Below are positions 41,610 to 51,900 of a stretch of 64,000 nt of DNA, in pieces. The notes beneath the pieces are model-generated. The model did not search any database. It saw only the letters and a program-made list of their open reading frames with translations, and was not told where the DNA came from. The stretch comes from Gammaproteobacteria bacterium (GTDB taxonomy: Bacteria; Pseudomonadota; Gammaproteobacteria; Eutrophobiales; Eutrophobiaceae): assembly GCA_965243205.1 (NCBI GenBank), contig CBDEUK010000001.1, positions 96,001 to 160,000 of the forward strand, read 5' to 3'. Made by a program: the position numbers and the translations under genes. Numbering within the stretch: position 1 is the stretch's first letter; each line of letters begins with the position of its first letter.

Positions 41610-41693
41610 TATTTAGTTTAATTATTCAGAATTAAACTAGTAGACAATGCTTAAAGGATCAAGTTTTATTAAAGTTTAAATTTAATTCAAAGA

Positions 41694-43484
41694 TTAAATA
41701 TCGTCGGCGATCTCTTGCTGGTAATCCTCGAAAATCGAGGTATCGAATTGACTCATATCAATTGCAATACTCTCATTTGTAGACGAATTATCGCTTTGTC
41801 TAAGCGGAAATTCTGACTCAGGAATGACATCAGGTTTTGAGAGCTTGTCCATCGCAACTTGATTTTCTAACTCTTGAGATTTGAAAAGATTCAGCTGCTC
41901 TTTATGTTGTTTTAAAGCATTAACTTTAAATAATAAGGCCTGCTTTTTTCTTTTGATATGGCTTGATGACTTTTTAACTTCGAGTTGAGCTAATTGCTCT
42001 AGTTCAGCATGTAACTTCTGCTCTATTTCCTCTAAACTGGTTTCATCCAAACTTGGTGCGCAACCATCCATTTCTTCACACTGGCCAAGTTTCATTCCAA
42101 TACCTGTACCGATAGTGCCAAACATATTGGTATTTTTCTTTGAATAAGCATTAACGTCTACATAGGCAATTTTATTGACTGGCATAGACTGACTGCCTGA
42201 AGTTTCGGTCTCTGAAATTTCTTCTGTAGTATCAGCAATTCTTGCGTTGAACAGTGGTTGAGGGAATTCACCTTGTTGTTGTGGAGGTGCTTGATCAAAA
42301 GGATTATTTGGCTCACCTAAATTTAATGACACAATCTCAGTTTCTGGCTCGCCAATAATTGGTTGAGTAATACTAACAACTTGAGTATTCGTCGGTGTAT
42401 TAAACTGGCTATCTCCACTAACAGGCTTTTCTGCTGAGGCCAATTTTGCAGGAGCATTAATTGGGTTTGGTACAACTTTTACAGTTAATACTGGAGGAAG
42501 TACTTTTTCAACCGGTTGCTGTTGTGATGAAGTAGAAGTTTGATCAGAGGTATCTAATAGTTCTGGAACTTTTTGTTCAGTGTTAGCTACTTGTTCGGCA
42601 GGAGCTTTTAATACTTCAGATTTTTTTGCAGGCTCATCAATTTTGTTTGAAATCTTGTCCTCAACAATATTTTTTTCATCGTGTACTAAAGAATCCGTTT
42701 CTATTATTGGTTCATTAGTAACTATTTCATGAGGGATATTATCGATTTGAGAATTATGTTCGGGCTTTTCGTGTTCTATGTGTGGTTCGTTATTGGGTTT
42801 CTGAACAGTGACAGGTTTCGCTTCATGTTTAGGTTTTATTTTAAAAACACTCACAACTTTTGTTTGCTTGGGAGTATGAGTTATTTTTATTTTTTTTAAC
42901 GTTCCATCGACTTTAGATTCGATTTTTTTTATAAAGCCATTCTTCGGAATCGGCTTATTTAATTTTGTCTTTTTATTTCCTATCTTATAACCTATCAAAC
43001 CACTTTCATCGAATTTCAATACCGCTTTGGTTTTTGTCTTTGGAATTTTAATATTATTTGGTTTAGCTGAATTATTCGTCTTATTCGGTATATTTCTAGT
43101 TTTATTAACTATCTTAACTTTATTTTTCTTAGTATTAACTACTAGCTTAGAACCGTCTTCAAATTTAAAAATCTGACGATTACCTTTTTGCCGATAAGAT
43201 TTAACTCGTGTGTCATTAAATTGAGAACCATCAACATTGTAATCATTGATAACTTGGTTTAATCGTTCGGTTCGTTGTACTTGAGGATTCGGTTCTTCGG
43301 GACAATGATCAACAGGCGGAGTAGCATGTACTACATTCATTGTAAGACACAGCAACATAGTTAAAACGATCACTGCGAATAGCAGACCGCATCGATTTGA
43401 TGTGAAGGGATCAATCTTATAATTATTATTCACAAACCCCATCAGCAAAGGCTTGTTTGGCCGATTTAAGGTGGCCTTCTCCAT
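41694..43484 (-). CDS. Hypothetical secreted protein (basic N-domain, acidic Pro-rich linker, C-terminal CxxxxxC plus coiled coil); putative partner of the adjacent TpsB
   Basis: AAGGA RBS upstream of ATG; hydrophobic segment ending VVHA; NMFGTIGTGIGMKLGQCEEMDGCAP motif. Confidence 0.6.
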   Translation of the reverse strand: MEKATLNRPNKPLLMGFVNNNYKIDPFTSNRCGLLFAVIVLTMLLCLTMNVVHATPPVDHCPEEPNPQVQRTERLNQVINDYNVDGSQFNDTRVKSYRQKGNRQIFKFEDGSKLVVNTKKNKVKIVNKTRNIPNKTNNSAKPNNIKIPKTKTKAVLKFDESGLIGYKIGNKKTKLNKPIPKNGFIKKIESKVDGTLKKIKITHTPKQTKVVSVFKIKPKHEAKPVTVQKPNNEPHIEHEKPEHNSQIDNIPHEIVTNEPIIETDSLVHDEKNIVEDKISNKIDEPAKKSEVLKAPAEQVANTEQKVPELLDTSDQTSTSSQQQPVEKVLPPVLTVKVVPNPINAPAKLASAEKPVSGDSQFNTPTNTQVVSITQPIIGEPETEIVSLNLGEPNNPFDQAPPQQQGEFPQPLFNARIADTTEEISETETSGSQSMPVNKIAYVDVNAYSKKNTNMFGTIGTGIGMKLGQCEEMDGCAPSLDETSLEEIEQKLHAELEQLAQLEVKKSSSHIKRKKQALLFKVNALKQHKEQLNLFKSQELENQVAMDKLSKPDVIPESEFPLRQSDNSSTNESIAIDMSQFDTSIFEDYQQEIADDI

Positions 43485-43534
43485 AATTTATCCTTTTGGA
43501 CTATTATATTAATACGAGTGTTTAATAAAGATCG

Positions 43535-43550
43535 TGCAACTTAAATGCCA
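43535..43550 (-). promoter_or_regulatory. Putative sigma54 (-24/-12) promoter for 41694-43484
   Basis: Minus strand TGGCATTTAAGTTGCA (GG-N10-GC), about 50 nt upstream of the ATG. Confidence 0.65.
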
Positions 43551-43704
43551 CGAGTAGAGGCTACACCGAACCTTTATTCACACTCTTTATCGTCCAAAAA
43601 ATTATACAACTTTAATTTTCATTTACCTAACAAAAACCATGAAAAATCTCTATATTTCATGCGTTTGCAATAAAATTTAACATTACCGTCATAAATGTTG
43701 TCAT

Positions 43705-43730
43705 AAAAGTGAGAACTGTTTCACACTTTT
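43705..43730. promoter_or_regulatory. Palindrome matching a CRP/Vfr box (TGAGA-N6-TCACA), or terminator of the TpsB gene
   Basis: AAAAGTGAGAACTGTTTCACACTTTT. Confidence 0.4.
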
Positions 43731-43754
43731 AATTTGATTAGAAATTGTTCGATT

Positions 43755-45644
43755 TTAAAATGAGATTGAGAAGTTAAGCCAAATTTGTGGCGCTCGGCCA
43801 TTACCAGTGTCAATATTTACCGATTCCCTTACTCCTAGAGGCCATGCAGACATAAACTTAGCATCGAATTTTCCAGGTAAACTGAACTGAGCACCTACAC
43901 CAATACCTTGATAACTTTTCCAACCAACCTCATCAAATTGTCCCGGATCATTTACCTTACCTGCTGCTATATCGTAATAAACAGAAAACTGCAGTAGCTC
44001 TTGAAGAGTGTAGTTTTCAAAAACTGTTATTTCTCTAAGTATTGGAGTATCGAATATATATTCGACCGACATAAATCCAGCTTGATCCACTAATTGAAAT
44101 GAAGGAGAAAACGCTCGAACACTATTCGGACCACCAATGGAATATTGTTGTTGTGATAATAATAAATCATCACTCCATTGAAACTCACTGCGAAATAAAA
44201 GGGATTGTGAAAAACTTAAATTTTGATACCGAGTAAAACTTGCATACAAAACTGTAAAATCACCGCTGACAAATTCCCCTGAACCACTAACACGATTCGG
44301 CTGTTCATCACTTGGTAAATTTGAAACGTCCGTAGAATTACCAAATGAACCCAATACATTTTCTAGTCCTTGGCTAATCTCAAAACTAAAGAAATTGATA
44401 GCTCTTGATTCGAATTCTGAATCTTTAGGACGAACAAATGCAATCAAGTCAAAATCGTCCACTACATCGTATTGTGTAGAGAAATTAAGTACACTTGATA
44501 TTTCACGAGAATTTATTAATCCAGCTCTTTCAACTTTTGAGCTGGTCCGTGTAAAACTTAATGCTGCAGATAAATTTTCTGTCCGTGATCGAATAAATGA
44601 TTTTTCCATCACTAAACTTACATCTGTTGACTCACCTGTAATTTGCTGCTCAGCAAATTCCCCGCCGACCCTGTAATCACTTTTACTTGAACTACCACGA
44701 AATAATAATCCATACGGTAAATACCGCTCGTAATCAAAATAATAAAAACTACTTTCTTTTGGAGAAAACGCTTGCTGAGCTAAGAAACCCAGTTTATCTG
44801 GGCCTTTAAATACACTATTCCAATCAATTGAAACTCTTCCTCTGATACGTCCCGTTTCCTGATTTCCATAATTATCTACACGGAAACGACTATCGAATCG
44901 CTTCTCATCTTGAACATTTAAAACGATATCGGCTGTGCCTATCAATTGACCCGGTTGAAAAATGCCATAGACTTGTAAACCTGGATAATCAGTCAGTCTT
45001 AGTAAAGCTGCTTCAATTTCTTTTTTAACGATAGGTTGATTAATTAAATCTTTGAAAACCTCTTCTAATACTTTCGCATCATAAACTTCATTACCTTCTA
45101 CAAGAACTCTATCAAGATAACCAATGTAAACTTCAATTTTTACAATTCCATTTTCAACATCTTGCATAGGAATGACAGCTTGTGCCAAGGCTAAACCTTT
45201 GGAACGGTAATAACTGGTTATTTCATTTGCAACTTGTTGTAAACGACCTACTGTAAAGCCGTCTTGTCTTTGCAAGCGTAGCATTTCTACTAGCTCTTCA
45301 ACTTCTGTTGTTAAAATTCCTAATTCAGGCATCTCTTCAGCATTAATTAATTCAAAACCATTCACAAGGATTCGTTCGCCTTCATCAATATCCAAAGGTC
45401 TATCGATGACTGCTGGAATATCAACTACTTCTTCTGTTTCAGTTGAAGGTAATTCAGTCGGTTCGGAAAGATCAGGGCGTTGTGCCCCTGGTTGTACTGC
45501 ATCAGGAATAGCAGTAACACCAGCATTTGCCTGGTAACTATTTAAAAATAACATTATGTAAAGCACCAAGGAATGAATGCATAAACATGAATGTTTATTT
45601 TTTTTGAAACGAGCGCTATTAATTTTCCTTAAAATCATCAGCAA
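43755..45644 (-). CDS. ShlB/FhaC/HecB family (TpsB, Omp85) outer-membrane transporter
   Basis: POTRA (ITSYYRSKG...AVIPMQDVENG), VDNYG..TG, GGPNSVRAF loop-6 motif and terminal Phe; start probably downstream of 45644. Confidence 0.88.
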   Translation of the reverse strand: MLMILRKINSARFKKNKHSCLCIHSLVLYIMLFLNSYQANAGVTAIPDAVQPGAQRPDLSEPTELPSTETEEVVDIPAVIDRPLDIDEGERILVNGFELINAEEMPELGILTTEVEELVEMLRLQRQDGFTVGRLQQVANEITSYYRSKGLALAQAVIPMQDVENGIVKIEVYIGYLDRVLVEGNEVYDAKVLEEVFKDLINQPIVKKEIEAALLRLTDYPGLQVYGIFQPGQLIGTADIVLNVQDEKRFDSRFRVDNYGNQETGRIRGRVSIDWNSVFKGPDKLGFLAQQAFSPKESSFYYFDYERYLPYGLLFRGSSSKSDYRVGGEFAEQQITGESTDVSLVMEKSFIRSRTENLSAALSFTRTSSKVERAGLINSREISSVLNFSTQYDVVDDFDLIAFVRPKDSEFESRAINFFSFEISQGLENVLGSFGNSTDVSNLPSDEQPNRVSGSGEFVSGDFTVLYASFTRYQNLSFSQSLLFRSEFQWSDDLLLSQQQYSIGGPNSVRAFSPSFQLVDQAGFMSVEYIFDTPILREITVFENYTLQELLQFSVYYDIAAGKVNDPGQFDEVGWKSYQGIGVGAQFSLPGKFDAKFMSAWPLGVRESVNIDTGNGRAPQIWLNFSISF

Positions 45645-45717
45645 ATTAATTATAATTTTTATATATCGGTTAACTTACACAGCAAAAACCACACCGATCG
45701 TATTTGTTGTTACCGCT

Positions 45718-46719
45718 TTATAATCCTGAACGCAATTTCAATCGCCACTCTTCAATGTCATTAGCTTCAAGATTGGATGGATATTTTTTTTGAGCTTCTT
45801 CTATTAATGCTTTCTGAATATTGCTAACCTGATTTTGTCTTAAAACTTCTCTTATGTTGTTTCCAACCTGTTCAAGTTCTACTATACGCCCCTCAACAAT
45901 TCCTTCATGTTTCATGATATGTATACCTAATTCGGTACGAATAGGTTGGCTAATCTGCCCCTTCTCAAGCAACATAATTTGGTCTTTTACATTATCAGGT
46001 AATTCACTTAATTTAACCAAACCAATATATCCATCATTACTTCGGCTAAGTTTGTTTGCTGAATACTTAGAAGTGGCTTCAGCAAAAGTAAGTCTATGAT
46101 CAATAATTTCTTGTCGAACTGATGAAGCTTTATTTTCCAAATCTAAGATATTTTGTTTACTTGATTCGACATTAATCGGCAAAAGTATCTGCCATAAATG
46201 GATGCGATCTTCTAAGTAATACGAATCTTTATTTGCTTCATAAAACTCTTTTATTTGTGCCTCAGAGGGAAAATCAGACGCTAAGCTTTTCAGAATATTC
46301 TGGTTCAGATAAGCCTCAAACAAAGCCTTTTCAACAGTCTTTTGCAATAGAAACTGGATCTTAGGCTGCTTTAGCGCTCCATCTTCAATCAGTTTTTTCA
46401 ATATTGACTTTTGTGCCAATTCCTTTTTTATAAATAATTGAAATTTCTCACTATCTGACAACAATTCTCTTTGCCTCTCTAATGGAAGCGTCGCAATATG
46501 CTGCCTGAGTTCAGCTATTTCTAATTCGCTACTAAACGGGTTAATGGTAACCATGGACTGATCAGATGCGGAGTTACTGCTGGAATTTTGTTCTTTTCCT
46601 GTAGAAATAGAATCTCCTGATTTAAACCCTATCCATTCTTTGATATTCGCTGAGAACATCGTTACACCAGCTAATATCAAGATAGCAATTAAGATAAGAC
46701 GTTTTGTTGATGAGTCCAT
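45718..46719 (-). CDS. Membrane-anchored parvulin/PpiC-type peptidyl-prolyl isomerase (PrsA/SurA/EpsD-like chaperone)
   Basis: N-terminal TM; IKEFYE..K..Y, IHLWQIL, TFAEA..KYS...SNDGYIG and GQISQPIRTELGIHI motifs. Confidence 0.8.
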   Translation of the reverse strand: MDSSTKRLILIAILILAGVTMFSANIKEWIGFKSGDSISTGKEQNSSSNSASDQSMVTINPFSSELEIAELRQHIATLPLERQRELLSDSEKFQLFIKKELAQKSILKKLIEDGALKQPKIQFLLQKTVEKALFEAYLNQNILKSLASDFPSEAQIKEFYEANKDSYYLEDRIHLWQILLPINVESSKQNILDLENKASSVRQEIIDHRLTFAEATSKYSANKLSRSNDGYIGLVKLSELPDNVKDQIMLLEKGQISQPIRTELGIHIMKHEGIVEGRIVELEQVGNNIREVLRQNQVSNIQKALIEEAQKKYPSNLEANDIEEWRLKLRSGL

Positions 46720-46884
46720 AGAGATAACAGCCTGTTTTAATTGATAAAAATAGTATTTCTTAGATTAAATCATCTTGCATTAAGCAAGCGATTTTGAGGG
46801 CTGGATGATAACTCACAATGCTTTTTCAAAAAATCACATTATTCTTAATACGTAAGTAAGATAACAAAAATATTTCTTCATTCA

Positions 46885-46893
46885 TGGTATAAT
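46885..46893 (+). promoter_or_regulatory. Possible extended -10 promoter for the cyclase-phosphatase-kinase operon
   Basis: TGGTATAAT about 170 nt upstream of ATG 47061; the AT-rich context makes a chance match possible. Confidence 0.3.
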
Positions 46894-47060
46894 GAATTAC
46901 TTGTAATCTTTTGTTATTATTAGATTTAGTTACGTTTTTTGCATAGCAAGATAGATTAACAAAACTTTTGAGCACTAAATTGGGTTAATGCTCTTAAACA
47001 ATATTCAAAATACATATTGCCCTTAAGTGATGGAGCATAGGTTCAAATAACTGATTAAAA

Positions 47061-48101
47061 ATGGCACCTAAATCATCAAACCTCGCTATTTTATTTGCTG
47101 ATATCAGTGGAAGTACCAAACTGTTCGAGCAGCTCGGTGACTCTGTTGCTCAAACAACGATTGCTAACTGTTTAGAACTACTTGGTAAAATCGCTAATAA
47201 ACATAATGGAAATGTCATCAAAACAATTGGTGATGAAATTATGTGCACGTTTAAAAACATTGATGATTCGGTACGAGCTTCATGTGAGATGCATCAAACA
47301 CTTGAATATGGAGAGTCCTCTCAAAGTGCAGGCTTAAATTCAAATACTCTGATTGCTGATTTATCCAGAACTGAAGCCCATCAAAGCCCTCCTGATGTCA
47401 ATTACACGGAATTGATGCATCAGAAACAAGATCAGACAAACAATATTAAAATCCGTGTTGGGATGCATTACGGACCAGCAATTTTAGAAGGTGGTGATGT
47501 ATACGGTGATGCAGTAAACATTGCCGCTAGAATGACTGCTCAAGCCAAGGCAAGCCAGACACTAACAACTCAGGCAACACGTGCAGGTATGGACCGATTG
47601 CTGAGGATCAGTACAAGATTTGTCGATAGAGCTCATATCAAAGGTAAGAAAGATGAAATTAATATCTTTGAAGTGCTTTGGGAAGGAGATGAATTAACCA
47701 GCGCAATTACGGTTAGCCCTTCTCTTTCAACCACTGCGCCTCCAGTTGATAAATCAAAAGAGCCCGATATAAAACTATTCTTAAATTACCAAGGCAAAAA
47801 AATCGTCCTTGATAAACAATTATCTTCTGTCATTCTCGGACGCAGTAATCGTTGTGACATTACAGTTAATGAAAAACTAGCTTCTCGCCAACATGTTCAA
47901 ATAGAACTACGCCGTGATAAATTTTTTATTAAAGATCAAAGTACCAATGGAACTTATGTCCACATACAAGATAAAAATGAATCTTTTCTAAAACGCGAAG
48001 AAATGCAGCTAATTGGCAATGGCAAACTAAGCCTAGGCCGTGCTTTTAAAGAAAATCCAAAAGAGATCATAACGTTTAATCTAAAACAGAATACGATTTG
48101 A
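47061..48101 (+). CDS. Class III adenylate/guanylate cyclase with C-terminal FHA domain
   Basis: FADISGST, KTIGDEIM, RVGMHYG and DVYGDAVNIAAR; FHA motifs GRS...SRQH...DQSTNGT. Confidence 0.9.
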   Translation: MAPKSSNLAILFADISGSTKLFEQLGDSVAQTTIANCLELLGKIANKHNGNVIKTIGDEIMCTFKNIDDSVRASCEMHQTLEYGESSQSAGLNSNTLIADLSRTEAHQSPPDVNYTELMHQKQDQTNNIKIRVGMHYGPAILEGGDVYGDAVNIAARMTAQAKASQTLTTQATRAGMDRLLRISTRFVDRAHIKGKKDEINIFEVLWEGDELTSAITVSPSLSTTAPPVDKSKEPDIKLFLNYQGKKIVLDKQLSSVILGRSNRCDITVNEKLASRQHVQIELRRDKFFIKDQSTNGTYVHIQDKNESFLKREEMQLIGNGKLSLGRAFKENPKEIITFNLKQNTI

Positions 48102-48140
48102 CGTAAATTACTATAACGATCGATTATTATTAACACTCGT

Positions 48141-48902
48141 ATGGTAGTCCAAACTATGACTACAAAAGATGCAAAAAAAATAAATTTAAAATTTAACTCC
48201 TATGGCGTAACCCATGTTGGTAATGTCAGGAAATTAAACGAAGACGCTTTTCTTGAGCGCCCGGAGATAGGGTTATGGGCTGTTGCTGATGGCATGGGAG
48301 GCCATGATTCAGGTGATATGGCGAGTAACATGATCGTCAGCGACCTTAAAAGAATTCATCAAGGATTAAAATTGAATCGAATTATCGATGATATTGAAGA
48401 CAAGCTAATTAATGTTAATCGTAAACTCATTGAGAAATCCAGCCAATCTATTAAAAAATCGACTATCGGCAGTACTGTGGTTTCTATGGTTGTCTATGAA
48501 AATTATTGCGTTTATTTATGGGTCGGCGATAGTCGGTTGTATCGATTACAAAACAAAAACTTAAAACAACTCACTCGGGATCATTCTCAAGTGCAGATCT
48601 ATATTGATAATGGAATAATCGATGAAAAGGAAGCTGAACTTCATCCTCATCGTAATATGATCACAAGAGCCATTGGTGCTATGGACGAGCTCTATGTCGA
48701 TATGGATATTCAAATAATTTCTCCTAATGACCGATACCTTCTCTGTAGCGACGGTTTAAATCGGCATTTAAAAGACTCAGAGATAGAAGAAATTATGAAT
48801 AAAGGTGATTCCAGTGAAAAAACCTGCAATACTTTAATTGATATGGTTTTAGACAGAGGCGCAGAAGATAACGTAACAGCCATCATTGTCGATGTGACTT
48901 GA
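48141..48902 (+). CDS. PP2C-family Ser/Thr phosphatase (PppA/Stp1-like)
   Basis: RKLNED, VADGMGGH, VGDSRLY, TRDH, LCSDGL and DNVT motifs. Confidence 0.93.
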   Translation: MVVQTMTTKDAKKINLKFNSYGVTHVGNVRKLNEDAFLERPEIGLWAVADGMGGHDSGDMASNMIVSDLKRIHQGLKLNRIIDDIEDKLINVNRKLIEKSSQSIKKSTIGSTVVSMVVYENYCVYLWVGDSRLYRLQNKNLKQLTRDHSQVQIYIDNGIIDEKEAELHPHRNMITRAIGAMDELYVDMDIQIISPNDRYLLCSDGLNRHLKDSEIEEIMNKGDSSEKTCNTLIDMVLDRGAEDNVTAIIVDVT

Positions 48903-48919
48903 TACTTTTGTGAAATAGT

Positions 48920-51900
48920 TTGGCAAATTTTAGTACTGCACTTGAAGCATTAGGATCAGGAGTAGTTAGTCTTGAGGTCATTAGCTTTCAGCTAAAAAAG
49001 ATACTCGAACAGACTCCTGATTATTCACAACATCTTTTATCTCATCTTTTAATCGCAAAAGATAAACATGTGATTGAAGATTCTGAATATCTTCATCTTA
49101 AAAGCGTCATTGAACCTTATTTATTAGATGCGCAACCTATCAGTATTTCAAATTCCTTTGATAATAATTTTCTGGATATCGATCATCCTCACTTCAACCA
49201 AGAATTAACCACTGGCTCTGTCATCAAGCAACGTTTCAAACTTTTAGAAATTCTTGGCTTCGGTGGCATGGGAAGAGTATATAAAGGTATTGATTTACTT
49301 AAACAAGAAGCCAAAGATAAAAATCCATACGTTGCAATAAAATTATTAAACGAAGATTTTAAATCACACCCTAAAGCATTTATTTCTCTACAACGTGAAT
49401 CCAGCCGACAACAAAAATTAGCCCACCCTAATATTGCAACAGTATATGACTTTGATCGTGTTGGTGATCAAGGCACTCCCGTCTTTATTACAATGGAGCT
49501 ATTAGAAGGACAAACCTTAAGTGTTTTTATCAAAACGAAACTTCGTCGGATTGGTGGCTTACCTTTTTCAGAAGCCTTTAAAATTATTAAACAATTAGGT
49601 TCAGCACTATCCTATGCTCATGAACAAGGTATTGTGCATTCTGACTTTAAACCAGGAAATGCTTTTATATGTAATGACGGAACCGTAAAAACTTTAGATT
49701 TTGGTATCGCACGTGCGGTAAAAAACACTGTTGAAGGAAATTCAGAAAGAACTCTATTTGATCCTAGAAATTTAGGCGCTTTTACACCAGCTTACGCGTC
49801 GTTAGAAATGTTATTGGGTAAAGAACCCGATACTCGAGATGATATATACGCATTAGGGTGTGTCGCGTATGAATTATTATCTGGAAAACATCCTTATGAT
49901 AAATTACCTGCTACAAAGGTTAAAGAAAATAAAATCACACCGAAACCTATTAAAGGTTTATCAAAAAAACAAAACCTAACATTACAAAAAGCTTTAGCGA
50001 CAAATAGAGAAGATCGTTGTCAAACCGTCGACCAATTCTTAAATGACTTAGAAGATAAATATGTATGGTATAAAGATCTTAGAACAGTAACCGGCATAAT
50101 ATTATTTATTTCAGCTATAAGCTTATACGGCCCATTAAATAATTATCTATATCAAAAAAAGATTAATTCCATCTCTCAAAATATTGAATCGAACAATGAT
50201 AAATTAATAGAAAAAAATTTACTGCTGTTAGATAAACTTAAAGAAGCTGATCAATTATCGATCATTAGCAACTCAAAAGAACAAATACAACTTTATTATG
50301 ACAAAATTCTTAACACATTAACTGATATAGAATCAGACACCTATGATTTTATAAAAGCCAAATATTTTCTAAGAAAAATCGAAAAACTCTATCCTGACTC
50401 TAATTTTTATTTTCAAGAAAAAAATAAAATCGAAGAAAAGGAAAAGAAACTTTTAAATATTTTATATAAACATTTAAACATTTCACTTCAAGATATTGAT
50501 AATTTTGAAACTACAAAAACGATTTTAAATAATATCCATTCTCGTATTGATCCAAACCATGCAATCTTAAAAGAAGAAAAGCTTGCCAATAGTCTTTATG
50601 AAATCGCAATTCAATCATTAAATGATAATTTGATAGAAAAAGCCGAAATAGTTTTATTTACAGCAGAAAGGTACTTTCCTGACAATGATAATTTCTCTGA
50701 AATAAAAACACGGATACAAAATACCAAAACATTAGAAGATATTTATTCCAAACTTAATAAACTACCATCACAAAACGTTAAGCTCGAAACCTATAAAAAA
50801 TATGAAAATGACATAAATAAACTTTCGACCTTAGACGAAACTAATGTTTTACTAAAAAAAATATCTCAAGACGTGGAAACGTTATTCAATGAAGAAATCG
50901 AAAAATTACGAGATTCCAAAAATCGCAAAAAAGTTGATTTTTTTCTTACAGAATATGAAATTTTATTTGAATCACTACACTTAAATGAACAATATTTAGA
51001 ATTACAATTTTTGCATTTAAATTCTTATGATAAAAATTTAGCTCTAGATAAAAATATCGAAAACATTCAAAACAGATTAAAGAAATTTATTATAGAACCC
51101 AAAACTGACAGCACAACATGGAAAAAATCAATTGATACAGAATTATCAAAATTAGATTTTATTCAAAAAAAATATTCAACAAAAACTAATTATGATGAAT
51201 TTTTAGAAGAAATTGCTGATATATTTGTTAACTCTTCTATTTCTCTTATGGATAACAATCAATTTAAACACGCTAAATCTCATATTGAAGTAGCGAAATC
51301 TTATTATCATAAACATGCAAAAATACAACTAATAGAACAACAAATTGAAAGTCAATTAGCACACTATACTGAAGAATTAAAAATATCTGAGCTAAAGAAA
51401 ACTTTCGACTTACAAATCAATGCAAATGAATTAGAACAAGCAATTGAGACTTACAGTTTACTAAACCGTTCCAACAATGACGACGATTATTATATTGATA
51501 CCTATGCACCAAAAAAACTATCTGAATTATTTAGTTACAAAGCCACAAGCGCTGCTGAAAAATCAAATTTTAAACTCGCTTTAAAATTAACTAACGATGG
51601 TCTAGATTATTATCCATTAAATCAAGAATTATCAAATCAAAAACAACTATATCAAATTGAAATATATGACATTGAATTAAAATCGTTATTTCAAAACGAA
51701 GTTGAATTTAATTCTTCCGAAATACAACAAAAATTTGGCCAAATTGAATCTATAAGCCCAGATAAATATATAAAACTAAGACAACGCAGCGTTAAAACAT
51801 TATCTGATAGAATTAATACTCTAAAAAATAACAACACCAATCAAGCTATAACACTAGCACAAAATGCCACTGTTATATTTCCTGGAAGTGCTCTGAGTCA

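Noticed and set aside
43686-43708. Pho box (GTCAT direct repeat)
   Set aside because: Repeat spacing is 12 bp rather than the 11 bp required; kept only as a possible enhancer site
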